Positions 27,098-37,300 of a stretch of 64,000 nt of DNA are shown here, one piece after another; positions within the stretch are counted from its first letter, which is position 1, and the number at the start of each line of letters is the position of its first letter. The translations under genes were made by a program, and so were the position numbers. Location of the stretch: assembly GCA_947367845.1 (NCBI GenBank), contig CANBES010000006.1, forward strand, positions 1,603 through 65,602, in the 5' to 3' direction. Source of the DNA: an uncultured Clostridium sp. (lineage in GTDB: Bacteria > Bacillota > Clostridia > TANB77 > CAG-508). The notes beneath the pieces were generated by a model that saw only the letters and a list, made by a program, of their open reading frames with translations, had not been told where the DNA came from and made no database searches.

Positions 27098-27436
27098 CTA
27101 TTTTTCCATATCAAGAAATTCTTTTTTTATATCTTGTGCTAGCTTATTCCATTTTTCATAAACCTTTTTATAAAATGGTGCATCAACTATATCTAAAGCA
27201 TTTGCTTTCCTTGCAATTTGATTTAAGTTTATTCCAACAAGTTTTAATTGTTTTATTATTTCATACATATTTTCTGTTGGTTGCTCTTTTGGTTTGTATC
27301 CCATAATAAGATTTCTTATATACGCACTTTCATTTAATCCTGCTCTCTTCGAATTTTGTTTTAGTGCTTTTAGTTCATCTTCATTTAGCCATACTTGTTT
27401 TTTTATATCTCTTGTTCTCAAATAAAAATTATACAC
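27098..27436 (-). CDS. mobC: MobC-like relaxosome accessory protein
   Basis: RHH-like N-terminus VWLNEDELKALKQNSKRAGLNESAYIRNLIMGY and NLNQIARKAN. Confidence 0.65.
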   Translation of the reverse strand: MYNFYLRTRDIKKQVWLNEDELKALKQNSKRAGLNESAYIRNLIMGYKPKEQPTENMYEIIKQLKLVGINLNQIARKANALDIVDAPFYKKVYEKWNKLAQDIKKEFLDMEK

Positions 27437-27466
27437 CTCTTTCTAAAATCATTTTTTATGGGGTTT

Positions 27467-27509
27467 GGGGTTTCCCCACATTTTGAATTTGTGCGGGAGT
27501 ACAAATTCA
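27467..27509. promoter_or_regulatory. Candidate oriT: GGGGTTTCCCC palindrome plus TGAATTTGT-gcgggagt-ACAAATTCA hairpin
   Basis: It lies immediately upstream of mobC and contains GTGCG. A similarly organised region sits upstream of the second mobC (58974-59029). Confidence 0.35.
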
Positions 27510-27615
27510 GTGCTTGCTAGGACATCATTTTTACATTTCTAAAATAGGCTAAAATAAAACTATATATTTTTTTGTTGTATTTTTTCTATTTTTTAAGCTG
27601 ATTTTTGTTCAAAAT

Positions 27616-28002
27616 TTATTCAATTTCTCTTACAACTTCTTTTAAATCTTCAATATTATCTTCCAAATTTTCAATTAACATATCAATATATACAATGTCA
27701 TCTTCTACCAAAGCATTATCCATTTCTTTAAGATTTTCATACATTTGGTCAATAGTTCCTTTAATATTTTCTCTACTTTCTTTATCAATAATGTTTTCCT
27801 CTTCCATTTCGCCGTAGTTATTTTCTTCTCTTTTTCCAATAACTTTTGTTTCAACTGCTGCTAAATCCTTATAAGAATGGTCTAACATATTTGTTCTTAA
27901 ATATGCCTTTTCTACAATGTCTGTTGCTTCTTTTTCACTTTCTGCACATACTAAAATTTCTTTTCTAAATATTTCTTTCATTTCAATTTTATATTGATTC
28001 AT
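27616..28002 (-). CDS. Acidic 128-aa protein (possible anti-restriction/DNA mimic; speculative)
   Basis: Very Glu/Asp-rich ORF in the leading region. Confidence 0.4.
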   Translation of the reverse strand: MNQYKIEMKEIFRKEILVCAESEKEATDIVEKAYLRTNMLDHSYKDLAAVETKVIGKREENNYGEMEEENIIDKESRENIKGTIDQMYENLKEMDNALVEDDIVYIDMLIENLEDNIEDLKEVVREIE

Positions 28003-28026
28003 AATTTATTTTCCTCCATTTTTGTT

Positions 28027-29010
28027 TTATCTTGCTACTTCGCATACCTTTTCTTTTGCTGTTTTATTCAACTTTTTTATACCTAACATATATCGTAAGT
28101 AATCATTACAGTCCTTTCCTAATGGTGCAGGTCTATCTAAAACTTTATAGCTTTTTGATAGTGTTTCTTGCAAAGCTATGCTTGCATTTCTTCCAACTTC
28201 ATCATTATCTAAATGCAAATGTATTTCGTTTATGTTAGGATTCTTCTCTAAAAATTCTTTTATTGCTATTGGTATTTTATTATTTTCACTTGTCTTTGAT
28301 GGGCTATTTACTCCTGCAAGTGAAATCATATTTTCTCTATGCCAGTCTATATTTTTCATTTTTAATAATGTTGCATAAGATAATAAATCAATAGCACTTT
28401 CAAATAAATGTACTCTATTGCTTTCTGTTTTTGCCTTTAATCTAAAGGTATATGCTTTATCACTTCCTTTCGATTCTCCCATAAATCTTGTATCGTTTGT
28501 ACCTCTATAAAAAGCATACTTTGGACATTTTTCATCATCTACACCTATAAAAACAACATTGTGATTAGGCTCACTTTCATAAATCAAATCGTTTTCTATG
28601 CACTCTTTTATTATCTCTGGGGCAATTCCCCTACTCATTAAATATCTTTTTGCACGATCACAATTATTTGATTTTGTTGGTAAAACTAACACAATGTTTT
28701 CTTGTTTTTCTTCTTTATAAATTACAGGCTGCTTAACATTTATATTGCCTATAATTGTTTGTATAGCTTCTAAAAAGGAATATTTTTTTACTTTCATTAG
28801 ATAAGAAACAGCATTTTTTCCACCTATACCCTCTGAAAACCAATTCCATAATCCATTACTTATTCTCATACTATCGTGTGTTTTTGTGGTATATGTTCCG
28901 TTTCCTATCTTCACTAACTCATCTGGCTCATAGTTTTGCAAGTAAGTTAATAAGTCCATTTCTTCTGCTTTTTTTACTATTTCTGGTGGTATATAAGGCA
29001 TATTTTTCAC
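28027..29010 (-). CDS. DUF3991 + Toprim domain protein (primase-like)
   Basis: LLTYLQNYEPDELVKIGNGTYTTKTHDSMRISNGLWNWFSEGIGGKNAVSYL and Toprim-like HLFESAIDLLSY..LHLDNDEVGR. Confidence 0.75.
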   Translation of the reverse strand: MKNMPYIPPEIVKKAEEMDLLTYLQNYEPDELVKIGNGTYTTKTHDSMRISNGLWNWFSEGIGGKNAVSYLMKVKKYSFLEAIQTIIGNINVKQPVIYKEEKQENIVLVLPTKSNNCDRAKRYLMSRGIAPEIIKECIENDLIYESEPNHNVVFIGVDDEKCPKYAFYRGTNDTRFMGESKGSDKAYTFRLKAKTESNRVHLFESAIDLLSYATLLKMKNIDWHRENMISLAGVNSPSKTSENNKIPIAIKEFLEKNPNINEIHLHLDNDEVGRNASIALQETLSKSYKVLDRPAPLGKDCNDYLRYMLGIKKLNKTAKEKVCEVAR

Positions 29011-29021
29011 TACCTTTCCAA

Positions 29022-29054
29022 CAAAAAAAGAGATACTAATTTCTTAATATCTCT
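29022..29054 (-). terminator. Rho-independent terminator
   Basis: Minus strand reads AGAGATA-ttaagaaattag-TATCTCT followed by TTTTTTT. The 26-nt hairpin is identical to the one at 50090-50115. Confidence 0.6.
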
Positions 29055-29085
29055 CAAATTGCTTATTATTTTTTGTATTTGCTTT

Positions 29086-29283
29086 TTACTCGCCTTTTTC
29101 AATTTTATCAATGCTATTAGATAAAGATGTCATAAATTGTTCTTTAGTTATTCCTACTTCCTGCATATATCTATGTGATAATAAACTAATAAAAATTCCT
29201 AATTCTGTTGGCTGTGTTTGTTTCACTAATTTCTCAATTACTTTATCAGCTTCCTCTGAATTTATAGTAAGATTTTCTTCCAT
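29086..29283 (-). CDS. Hypothetical 65-aa protein
   Basis: ORF only. Confidence 0.35.
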   Translation of the reverse strand: MEENLTINSEEADKVIEKLVKQTQPTELGIFISLLSHRYMQEVGITKEQFMTSLSNSIDKIEKGE

Positions 29284-29371
29284 TCAATGTCCTCCTTTTG
29301 GTATTTTCATATTTAATATGCTATCATATCCTAGAAAAAAATGTCAACTAATTATCACTATATATCGTAAT

Positions 29372-29776
29372 TTATCTTTTGATATATTTTTCTTTTAGAT
29401 AATCTATAAAATCAATTATTTTTTTATCTGATTCACATTTCATTAGAGGCAATACAAAATTAAATACCTTTATAATTTCTTCTACCCAGAAAGCATTTTT
29501 TTCTTCTAGTGATAAAGTTTGATATGAAGAAAAATCAAAAGGCATTGTAATTACTGAATAACCATCGGAATTTCTCTCCCTTACTGCAATCTCTTTTGCA
29601 TTTTCATCACAACTGACATTTAATTGTTTTATAAATTCGTTATTACAAAATCTAACCACATTGTAATATTCAAGATATAAAAAATCTGATTCTTTTCGTA
29701 TCAATGCTGTTCGTTCCTTTGTTTTTTCTAAATCTCCCAAAAAAGCAGAATATATATTTATTGCTCTTAATCTCAT
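29372..29776 (-). CDS. Hypothetical 134-aa protein
   Basis: ORF with an SD. I recognised no family. Confidence 0.4.
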   Translation of the reverse strand: MRLRAINIYSAFLGDLEKTKERTALIRKESDFLYLEYYNVVRFCNNEFIKQLNVSCDENAKEIAVRERNSDGYSVITMPFDFSSYQTLSLEEKNAFWVEEIIKVFNFVLPLMKCESDKKIIDFIDYLKEKYIKR

Positions 29777-29862
29777 TTTATTTCTCCTTCATAAATTGTA
29801 ATTTGTTGCCCTCTTTATAATTTTGATATCCAATTATTTTATCCTCAAATGTTAGAAATGTT

Positions 29863-30720
29863 TTATCTTTGATATTTTTCTTTTTGTCTTATAACATAAT
29901 TACTAATATTTTTATCATAATCTGGATATAAATAATTTAAACATTGTGCCACTTCTTTTGATACCATTCTAAAAATTCCCATACATAATTCTAAAGATTT
30001 CCACATTTCTGTATATGACCCCATATTATATGTAGCAAGAATTTTCTTCCATAATTCAGGTGAAATATATCGTTCTAAAAATTTATAGTTTTTTCCTAGA
30101 CTAAAACTATAACCTTGCTCTATTCCAACCTTCCATGAAATCATTCGCAGTAATTCCATACGCACAATATTATTTAAATGGTCGATTGCAAATAAAATTT
30201 CCTTTCGACATAATCCTTTCACTACATATGTTACAGTATTCCAAAATTCATTACAGCAATCATCAAAAGAACGTGCTGTCGGATGTTCTATATAATAATC
30301 TTCATCTGTAGGTACTGGTATATTAGTAACACGATTATCCTTATCTAATAATAATTTTACTAATTTATCCCAAGTAAAATATTCATCTAAAACTTCTAAT
30401 GGCAATAATGTCAAATCTATTTTAACTCCGTCCCAAAATAACATAAGATATGAATACCCTTTTTCTTCTTTTGGAAACAATTCCATATCCTCGGGTTTTT
30501 GCATAATAAGTCTCTCTCCAAAAACATTAAGCCACTCATCACTATTAATAAAACTCTGCATGTCTGTGACAAAAAAAGTAATATCATAATCTTGAAAATC
30601 ATCTGGTATAATATTAATATTTGTTCTTGAACCTTCTAAAGTAACCACCCTAATTCTATCATCTGCTTTAGCAAAATTAAGTATAGTATCATATATTTGT
30701 TTCTCTGTTCTCATTTTCAT
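29863..30720 (-). CDS. ant(6): Aminoglycoside 6-nucleotidyltransferase ANT(6) (streptomycin resistance)
   Basis: 285 aa, collinear with AadE/ANT(6): IRVVTLEGSRTNINIIPDDFQDYDITFFV..MQKPEDMELFP..DDCCNEFWN..KGLCRKEILFAIDH..MISWKVGIE. The 285-aa length and the pairing with a tet(44)-like gene suggest the ant(6)-Ib type. Confidence 0.9.
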   Translation of the reverse strand: MKMRTEKQIYDTILNFAKADDRIRVVTLEGSRTNINIIPDDFQDYDITFFVTDMQSFINSDEWLNVFGERLIMQKPEDMELFPKEEKGYSYLMLFWDGVKIDLTLLPLEVLDEYFTWDKLVKLLLDKDNRVTNIPVPTDEDYYIEHPTARSFDDCCNEFWNTVTYVVKGLCRKEILFAIDHLNNIVRMELLRMISWKVGIEQGYSFSLGKNYKFLERYISPELWKKILATYNMGSYTEMWKSLELCMGIFRMVSKEVAQCLNYLYPDYDKNISNYVIRQKEKYQR

Positions 30721-31034
30721 ATCAACTCACTTTTAAAATTATTATTACTTATATTATAACAGAAAAAAGTAAATTTTCTATTGCCTTAGATTTACCTTAA
30801 ACATAAAATTATTCTTTAAATTTAACCTTGTATCTATTTTATATTTTTTCCTTTTTGGATTTCCATCAATCCTATAAATGCTATTATTTTTAATATCATA
30901 GCTTACAGACCAAATTGTATTAGCATCCTTTCTCTATCATAATCACATCTAAACAGTACAAAAATCTTTTTGATTTCTAAATACTTATCCATATCATCAA
31001 CTACTTAACAAATTGTAATTTAGCGAATAGTAAC

Positions 31035-32957
31035 TTAATTTTCTTTTTTATTAAACATATGGCGTACTTTATCTATTCGATTATTTGGTCTGCGTGATTG
31101 AATAACTGGTTCACAAGTAGCAATTTGATAATCTTTTAATTCTGTCAAAAAAACTGCTTGCCCATTTGTATATAGAGTTAAAGTATTACGATATTCATTA
31201 ATACAACGTGCAGGAATATGTCCTGTAAAAATAACTTCATCATTTTTTGATTGACTTGTTTCAATTATTGCACAATGTTTTTGTGCATCATTATATGCAC
31301 GAGAAAAGTATTCCTGTGGTGTAAAAAGTATAAACGAAAGATATGGCTCTAATAATTGCGTTCCCGCTTTTTTCAATGTTTGTTCAAGTACAATTGGGGC
31401 AAGAAAGCGAAAATCCGAGGGAGTACTAACAGGGCTATAATAAACACCATATTCAAAACATATTTTACAATCTGTCACTTTCCAACCATACAATCCTTGC
31501 TCCAGTCCATAATTAATACCTTCTCTTACTGCATTTTGGAAACTTTGATTTAAATAACCGAGTGAAACTTTGCTTTCGTACTGTATTCCACTGCCAATTG
31601 GAAGTGGAGTTATTGATAATCCAATTGATGCCCAAAATGGATTTGGTGGTACTTCAATATGAATAGTATAATCTGCCTTTTGTAATGGCTTTTCCAAATA
31701 AATTACGGTTGGATCTTCGATTCTTACGTTTATGTGATATTTTTCAATCAACAGAGAACAGATAACTTCTAACTGCACTGTTCCTAAAAAAGAAATGATG
31801 ATTTCATGTGTTATCGTATCAACATAATAACGTAAAAGAGGATCAGTATCTGCAATTTCTGTAAGAGCATCCAATAATTTTTCTCTCTCTTCTATTTTTA
31901 TTGGTTCAATTCTTGTTCGTAGTATTGGTACAGTCTTGTCATTCCATACATTGCATGGCAAAAGCTTTTCATTTCCTATAATATCGTTCAATCTTAATGT
32001 ATTGTTAGGTATAATAAAAATATCTCCAGAACAAACTGTTTTTGTCTGTATCATTTCTCCATTTGAAGGAATATATATTTCTGTAAGTTTCACTTTCTTT
32101 TTTTCTGGCAATATAATTGTATCTCGTAAGTGTAATGTTCCACTGTAAAGACGCAAATAAACTAACCTTTGCTTATGGTCTGTATATTCAATTTTAAAAA
32201 CTCTTCCACATAGTTCTGAATCATTCTCATTCATTTCAGAACAAAAAAGATTTGAAATAGCTTCGATGAGTTGTTGAGTCCCTATATTATTTCTAGCACT
32301 TCCATGGTATATAGGAAACAACGAACCTTTTTTAACACACCTATATTCTTCATACATTAATTCTTGTATAGTCAATTTTTCTCCTACAATATATTTTTCT
32401 AAAAGTTTATCATTTTTGGAAATTACAGGATCCCAATCATCTAAATCAATGATATTTTTAATTGATATTTCTGGAGTTAATGTTACATTTTGCATAACAA
32501 TAATATCATTTGAAAGTTTTTCTTTGATATTTTGATAAATATTATTTAAGTTAATTCCATCCTGATCTATTTTATTTATAAAAATAATTGTTGGTATATT
32601 CATTTTTTGAAGTGCATGGAATAGTATTCTGGTTTGTGCTTGTACACCATCTTTAGCAGAAATTACTAAAATAGCTCCATCAAGAACTGATAAAGAACGA
32701 TACACTTCTGTTATAAAATCTGTATGTCCAGGAGTATCTACAATATTGATTTTGTAGTCATTCCAATTAAAAGAAGTAACTGCTGCCTGAATTGTGATTC
32801 CACGCTGACGTTCTAAAAACATAGTATCTGTCCTTGTTGTTCCCTTATCTACACTGCCTAATTCTAAAATCGCTCCACTTGTATAAAGCAGACTTTCCGT
32901 TAAAGTCGTCTTTCCTGCATCTACATGAGCAAGAATACCAATGTTGATTATTTTCAT
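31035..32957 (-). CDS. tet(44): Tetracycline ribosomal protection protein, tet(44)-like
   Basis: 640 aa. [34 protein letters not shown].. is full-length collinear with Tet(M)/Tet(O) but clearly diverged and low in GC. The allele call rests on length and the ant(6) neighbour and needs BLAST. Confidence 0.85.
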   Translation of the reverse strand: MKIINIGILAHVDAGKTTLTESLLYTSGAILELGSVDKGTTRTDTMFLERQRGITIQAAVTSFNWNDYKINIVDTPGHTDFITEVYRSLSVLDGAILVISAKDGVQAQTRILFHALQKMNIPTIIFINKIDQDGINLNNIYQNIKEKLSNDIIVMQNVTLTPEISIKNIIDLDDWDPVISKNDKLLEKYIVGEKLTIQELMYEEYRCVKKGSLFPIYHGSARNNIGTQQLIEAISNLFCSEMNENDSELCGRVFKIEYTDHKQRLVYLRLYSGTLHLRDTIILPEKKKVKLTEIYIPSNGEMIQTKTVCSGDIFIIPNNTLRLNDIIGNEKLLPCNVWNDKTVPILRTRIEPIKIEEREKLLDALTEIADTDPLLRYYVDTITHEIIISFLGTVQLEVICSLLIEKYHINVRIEDPTVIYLEKPLQKADYTIHIEVPPNPFWASIGLSITPLPIGSGIQYESKVSLGYLNQSFQNAVREGINYGLEQGLYGWKVTDCKICFEYGVYYSPVSTPSDFRFLAPIVLEQTLKKAGTQLLEPYLSFILFTPQEYFSRAYNDAQKHCAIIETSQSKNDEVIFTGHIPARCINEYRNTLTLYTNGQAVFLTELKDYQIATCEPVIQSRRPNNRIDKVRHMFNKKEN

Positions 32958-33006
32958 GGAATTTCCCTCCCTACAAATTTATCTTTTAACTTAAAATCAA
33001 TATTTG

Positions 33007-33534
33007 CTAATTTTGTTCTTTTAAACTATTCTCAAAATCAATTATCCACTTTTCTAATGTTTCTACTAATGCTAATTGTTGTTTGAACATTTGTTTTCCA
33101 ACATTAGGAATATGTTGTCTATGAGATTGTCTTTCATTTAGTAATTCTTTTAATTCTAATATCTTTGATTTTATATTAGAAACAAGAATCTTTTTTTGTT
33201 CATCATCTACTAAATCTAAATTCGTGATAATAATATTAAAATCCAAATATAGACTAACATCAGAATTTGAAATATCATTCATAAGTTTATTAAAATAATC
33301 ATTACCTTTGTTAGTAATAGTATATATTGCTTTATCTGGCATATTTCCCTCTTTCTCTTTATTGCTAACAATATATTCTTTTGATTCTAATTGTAATACT
33401 TTCTTATAAATAGACTGTTCACTAATTTTTACCCATCTTGGTATATTACGATATTCTATATTTTTTTTAATATCATAAGCACTTTGTGATTTTTGTTTAA
33501 TAAGTCCTAATAATGCCAAATCTATATTTGACAT
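33007..33534 (-). CDS. PadR-family transcriptional regulator
   Basis: LALLGLIKQKSQSAYDIKKNIE..IYKKVLQLESKEYIVS..KAIYTITNKGNDYF. Confidence 0.7.
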   Translation of the reverse strand: MSNIDLALLGLIKQKSQSAYDIKKNIEYRNIPRWVKISEQSIYKKVLQLESKEYIVSNKEKEGNMPDKAIYTITNKGNDYFNKLMNDISNSDVSLYLDFNIIITNLDLVDDEQKKILVSNIKSKILELKELLNERQSHRQHIPNVGKQMFKQQLALVETLEKWIIDFENSLKEQN

Positions 33535-33546
33535 AATCTCTACTCC

Positions 33547-33897
33547 TTACTTAATATAATCTGTAACGCCAAGTCTATTTCCAAATGGATCTTCAAACTC
33601 GACTGCATTACCAGTTCCAATTTTAAAAGGCTCACTCAAAAATTTTATACCATTATTCAACATTTCTTTATAGAAGATTGCAACATCTTCTACTTCAAAC
33701 CATATTGTAGGCTTTAAATTCTCAAATTTATTTTTGTCTTTTAAAATTATTGCAGGTTCTTCATTTCCAATATTATAAGCAACCATTCCCTTATCAGAGA
33801 AATCAAATTTCTTTTTTAACCCCAATATTTCCTCATAATATCTTTTTGCTTCTTCCATATTATCTACAGGAAGAAAATAGTTGTCATAATTTTTCAT
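33547..33897 (-). CDS. VOC/glyoxalase/bleomycin-resistance-fold protein
   Basis: 116 aa. VDNMEEAKRYYEEILGLKKKF..FEVEDV..FEDPFGNRLGV. Confidence 0.7.
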   Translation of the reverse strand: MKNYDNYFLPVDNMEEAKRYYEEILGLKKKFDFSDKGMVAYNIGNEEPAIILKDKNKFENLKPTIWFEVEDVAIFYKEMLNNGIKFLSEPFKIGTGNAVEFEDPFGNRLGVTDYIK

Positions 33898-34088
33898 ATA
33901 TTTAATGTCCTCCTCACTACTATAAACTGCACCACTATATTTTATAGTAGTTATCGTTAAAAGTCAATATATAATAAAAAAATAGATTAGTTGCACTGAA
34001 CTAATCTATTTGTATAACTGCCTGTCGTACAAAAAAGACTGTCATTACTGACAATCTTTTCGGTAAATTACTATTTGTTAAATCTAAA

Positions 34089-34289
34089 CTAGCGATTTTT
34101 TATCTCATTTTCTATTAAGTAATTTGCTATTTCAAAAGCTTTTACTCGTCTTTTTGCCAAGGTGATTTGTGATTTATATCTTTTTGGATTTTCTTTTGAT
34201 TCAAGAGTTTTTATTGCTTCTCGTAACTTATGTAGCGTTGAATTAATTTGTCTTTTTGCTTCAATTAAATCTTCTTTAATATATTTCAT
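34089..34289 (-). CDS. Hypothetical 66-aa helical protein
   Basis: ORF with an extended -10 promoter (TGgTATAAT) and the shared TAGTAATTTGTAGAGGAGG leader. Confidence 0.35.
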   Translation of the reverse strand: MKYIKEDLIEAKRQINSTLHKLREAIKTLESKENPKRYKSQITLAKRRVKAFEIANYLIENEIKNR

Positions 34290-34395
34290 TATTTCCTCCT
34301 CTACAAATTACTATCTGTCGAGATGATTATACCATATCTTTTTATAAAAAGATACAAGAAGATACTAATTTTTTAATATCTTCTTTGCATATAGA

Positions 34396-37300
34396 TTACC
34401 TTTCATGGTCTTTGTTTTTATCTTTTTCATTTTCTTCTATTTCATCATTTGATGTATCTAATACTTGCTTTTCTTTTTCATCTAGCTTTAATAAAATATT
34501 TAATTCTTCAAGTTTTTTCATTTTTTCTTTTAATTCTTCTTCTTTTGGAAATGGCTTTTGAACTTCTATTTTTGCTGTTTCAAGTTGCTTTTCAATATCT
34601 TCTATTCTCAACTTTGCATCTGGAATCTTATCTTTTATTGCTTCTAGTGCATTATTTATTCTTGTAATATTACCAAAAGTATCACTACCTAAAAAAATAC
34701 TATAACTATATTTATTTCTCATAGTCATAGTAAATTTCTTTTCTACTGAATTAAAACCAAGTTCTAATCTAAATCCCCTATATTCTCCTATATCTTCAAT
34801 ATCTGGATTTGATTTTGATTTGCAAACTTCTAGTATTGCTTTTCCTGCTTGCTCTTTATCAGTATATTCAATTCCTTTAAGTGTCATTTTAGAAAAGCCA
34901 TCTTCATTTGGTATTGTGTTATCTTCTAGCTGCTTGACATCAGCTTCTAGTGCATCGACCTTTTCTTGTATCTCTTTTATTTGATTTGGATATGATCTTG
35001 CAATTTTATCTTCTAAATCATAAATCTGGCTTTGATAACTTTGTCTTACTATTTTTAATTTTGCAACTTCTGAATCTAACTGTGTCTTTTCTAGTATATA
35101 TTTATTTCCTGTTGCTAAAGCCTTAATTTCTCCATAGCTCAATGCCGTTTCATCTATATCATCTGCTGTTCTATCTGGAGTCTTTGAAGTCATTATTTGT
35201 GATATAAAGCCTTGCTTTCTCTCTAACATTTGGAATAAATAAGCATCAAATGTTTTCTCTGTTACATAGGTGTATATATGCACTTGCTTATTTTGATTTC
35301 CTTGTCGTACTCCTCTACCATTTCTTTGTGTTAAATCTGCTGGTCTATATGGTGTGTCTAAATGATGCAAGGCAATTATTTTATCTTGCACATTTGTACC
35401 TGCTCCCATTTTGCTTGTACTTCCCATTAACACTCTAATTTCGCCTTTTCTTACTTTAGCAAATAGTTCTTTCTTTTTAGTTTCATTATCTGCTTCATGT
35501 ATAAAGGCAATTTCTTCTCGTGGAATACCTTTTAATACTAGCTTTCTTCTTAAATCGTTATAAACATCAGTAAATACATAATTTCCCTCGTCATCAAATT
35601 TTTCTTCAAATTGCTTTGGTGTAGACAAATCACAGAATACTAATTGTGTTAGTTTTTGTTCTTTATTTTCTTCCCATATTTTATAGATGTTATTTGCACA
35701 AGTTCCAACTTTTCCATTTTCATTATCTTCTAACATTTCATTCATAAGTCTTTGGTCTAGTGCAAGTTTTCTACCCTCATTAGTAATTTTTAGCATATTA
35801 TCTTCGCTAGGATCTACACTACCTTTTCTAATAGCTTCTGCTCTTTCTCCTAACTCTGCTACCATATCTTGCTGCATTTGACTAGGTTTTACTATTTCAT
35901 CATGCCTTACTACTTCTGGTGTTGGTAAATTTAAAGTATCAGCAGTTTGAATATCTGCAACTTCTTTGAATAAACTCATTAACTCTGGTAAATTATGAAA
36001 TTTTGAGAATCTTGTTTTACTCCTATAACTTGTTCCGTTCTGGCGAAAGTTCCATTGCAGTTACTGTTTCCCCAAAAATAGATGCCCAATTATCAAAATG
36101 TTCAAGTCCCATTTTTCTTAAATCATTATATTGTAAATATCGTTGCATAGTATATAATTCTACCATTGAGTTACTTACAGGTGTACCTGTTGCAAATACT
36201 ACCCCTCTGCCCTCTGTTATCTCATCCATATAACGACATTTCATATATAAATCACTACTCTTTTGTGCATCTGTCTGTGAAATTCCACCTACATTGTTCA
36301 TTTTAGTATATAAAAATAAATTCTTGTAGTTATGTGCTTCATCTACAAATATTTTATCTATTCCTAACTGTTCAAAGTTGATTACATCATCTTTTCTTGT
36401 TTGTGAATTTAATTTCTCAAGTTTGCTTTCTAACCCTCGTCTTGTTTTTTCCATTTGTTTTATAGTAAAATTCTCTGCCTTATCTCTTTTAGCTTGTGCT
36501 ATTCCTGCTATAATATCTGCAATTTGCTTTTCAATTAGCTGCTGTTGTCTTTCTATTGACATAGGAATCTTTTCAAATTGTGAATGTCCGTATAATTACT
36601 GCATCAAAATCTCCAGTAGCAATACGAGAGCAAAACTTTTTTCTGTTAGCTGTTGCAAAGTCTTTTTTAGTTGCTACCATAATGTTTGCACTTGGATATA
36701 ACTGTAAGAACTCTGCTGCGAATTGTTCAATGATGTGATTAGGCACAACAAAAATAGACTTGTTACAAAGTCCAAGCCTTTTACTTTCCATAGCACCGAG
36801 CAACCATTTCAAAGGTCTTTCCTGCTCCGTACCTCATGTGCTAGCAGTGTATTTCTTCCATACAAAATATGAGCAATGGCATTTTGTTGATGCTTCCTTA
36901 ATTTTATCTCTGGATTCATACCTACAAAATTCAAATGACTTCCGTCATATTCACGAGGACGAATGCTATTGAATTTATCATTATATAACCTTACTAATCG
37001 TTCTCTTCTTTCTACATCATTAAAAATCCAATCTTCAAATGCTTGCTTAATTTGGTCTTGCTTTGCTTGTGCAATAGCTGTTTCTTTTGCATTAAATTCT
37101 CTCTTCTTGTTTCCGTCAATATCTGTTACAGTATCAAATACTTTCACATCTTTTAAATTTAATGTTTTTTCAATAATTTCATAGGCATTTACTCTATTTG
37201 TCCCATAAGTTTTATTCGCTTTTACATTTGAATAATCATAATTTTTACTTGTTATATACCATTGTGAATTATACTCACTAAATTTTACTTTCATATTCCA

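Noticed and set aside
30417-30602. 61-aa ORF in another frame of ant(6), and 61495..61737 in another frame of the serine recombinase
   Set aside because: Both are embedded in well-supported genes. The second is just a poly-Lys reading of the recombinase Glu/Lys-rich tail. Unlike the TnpV-like nested ORF, neither has an SD or recognisable homology.
30721-31034. Short coding-like remnants between ant(6) and the tet gene (for example ..WSVSYDIKNNSIYRIDGNPKRKKYKIDTRLNLKNN..)
   Set aside because: The frames are broken with no start and I recognised no family. This is probably debris from the assembly of the resistance module.
32958-33006. A tet(M)-style leader peptide or attenuator upstream of the tet gene
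   Set aside because: Only about 50 bp separate it from the PadR gene stop, and I saw no small ORF or terminator/antiterminator pair.
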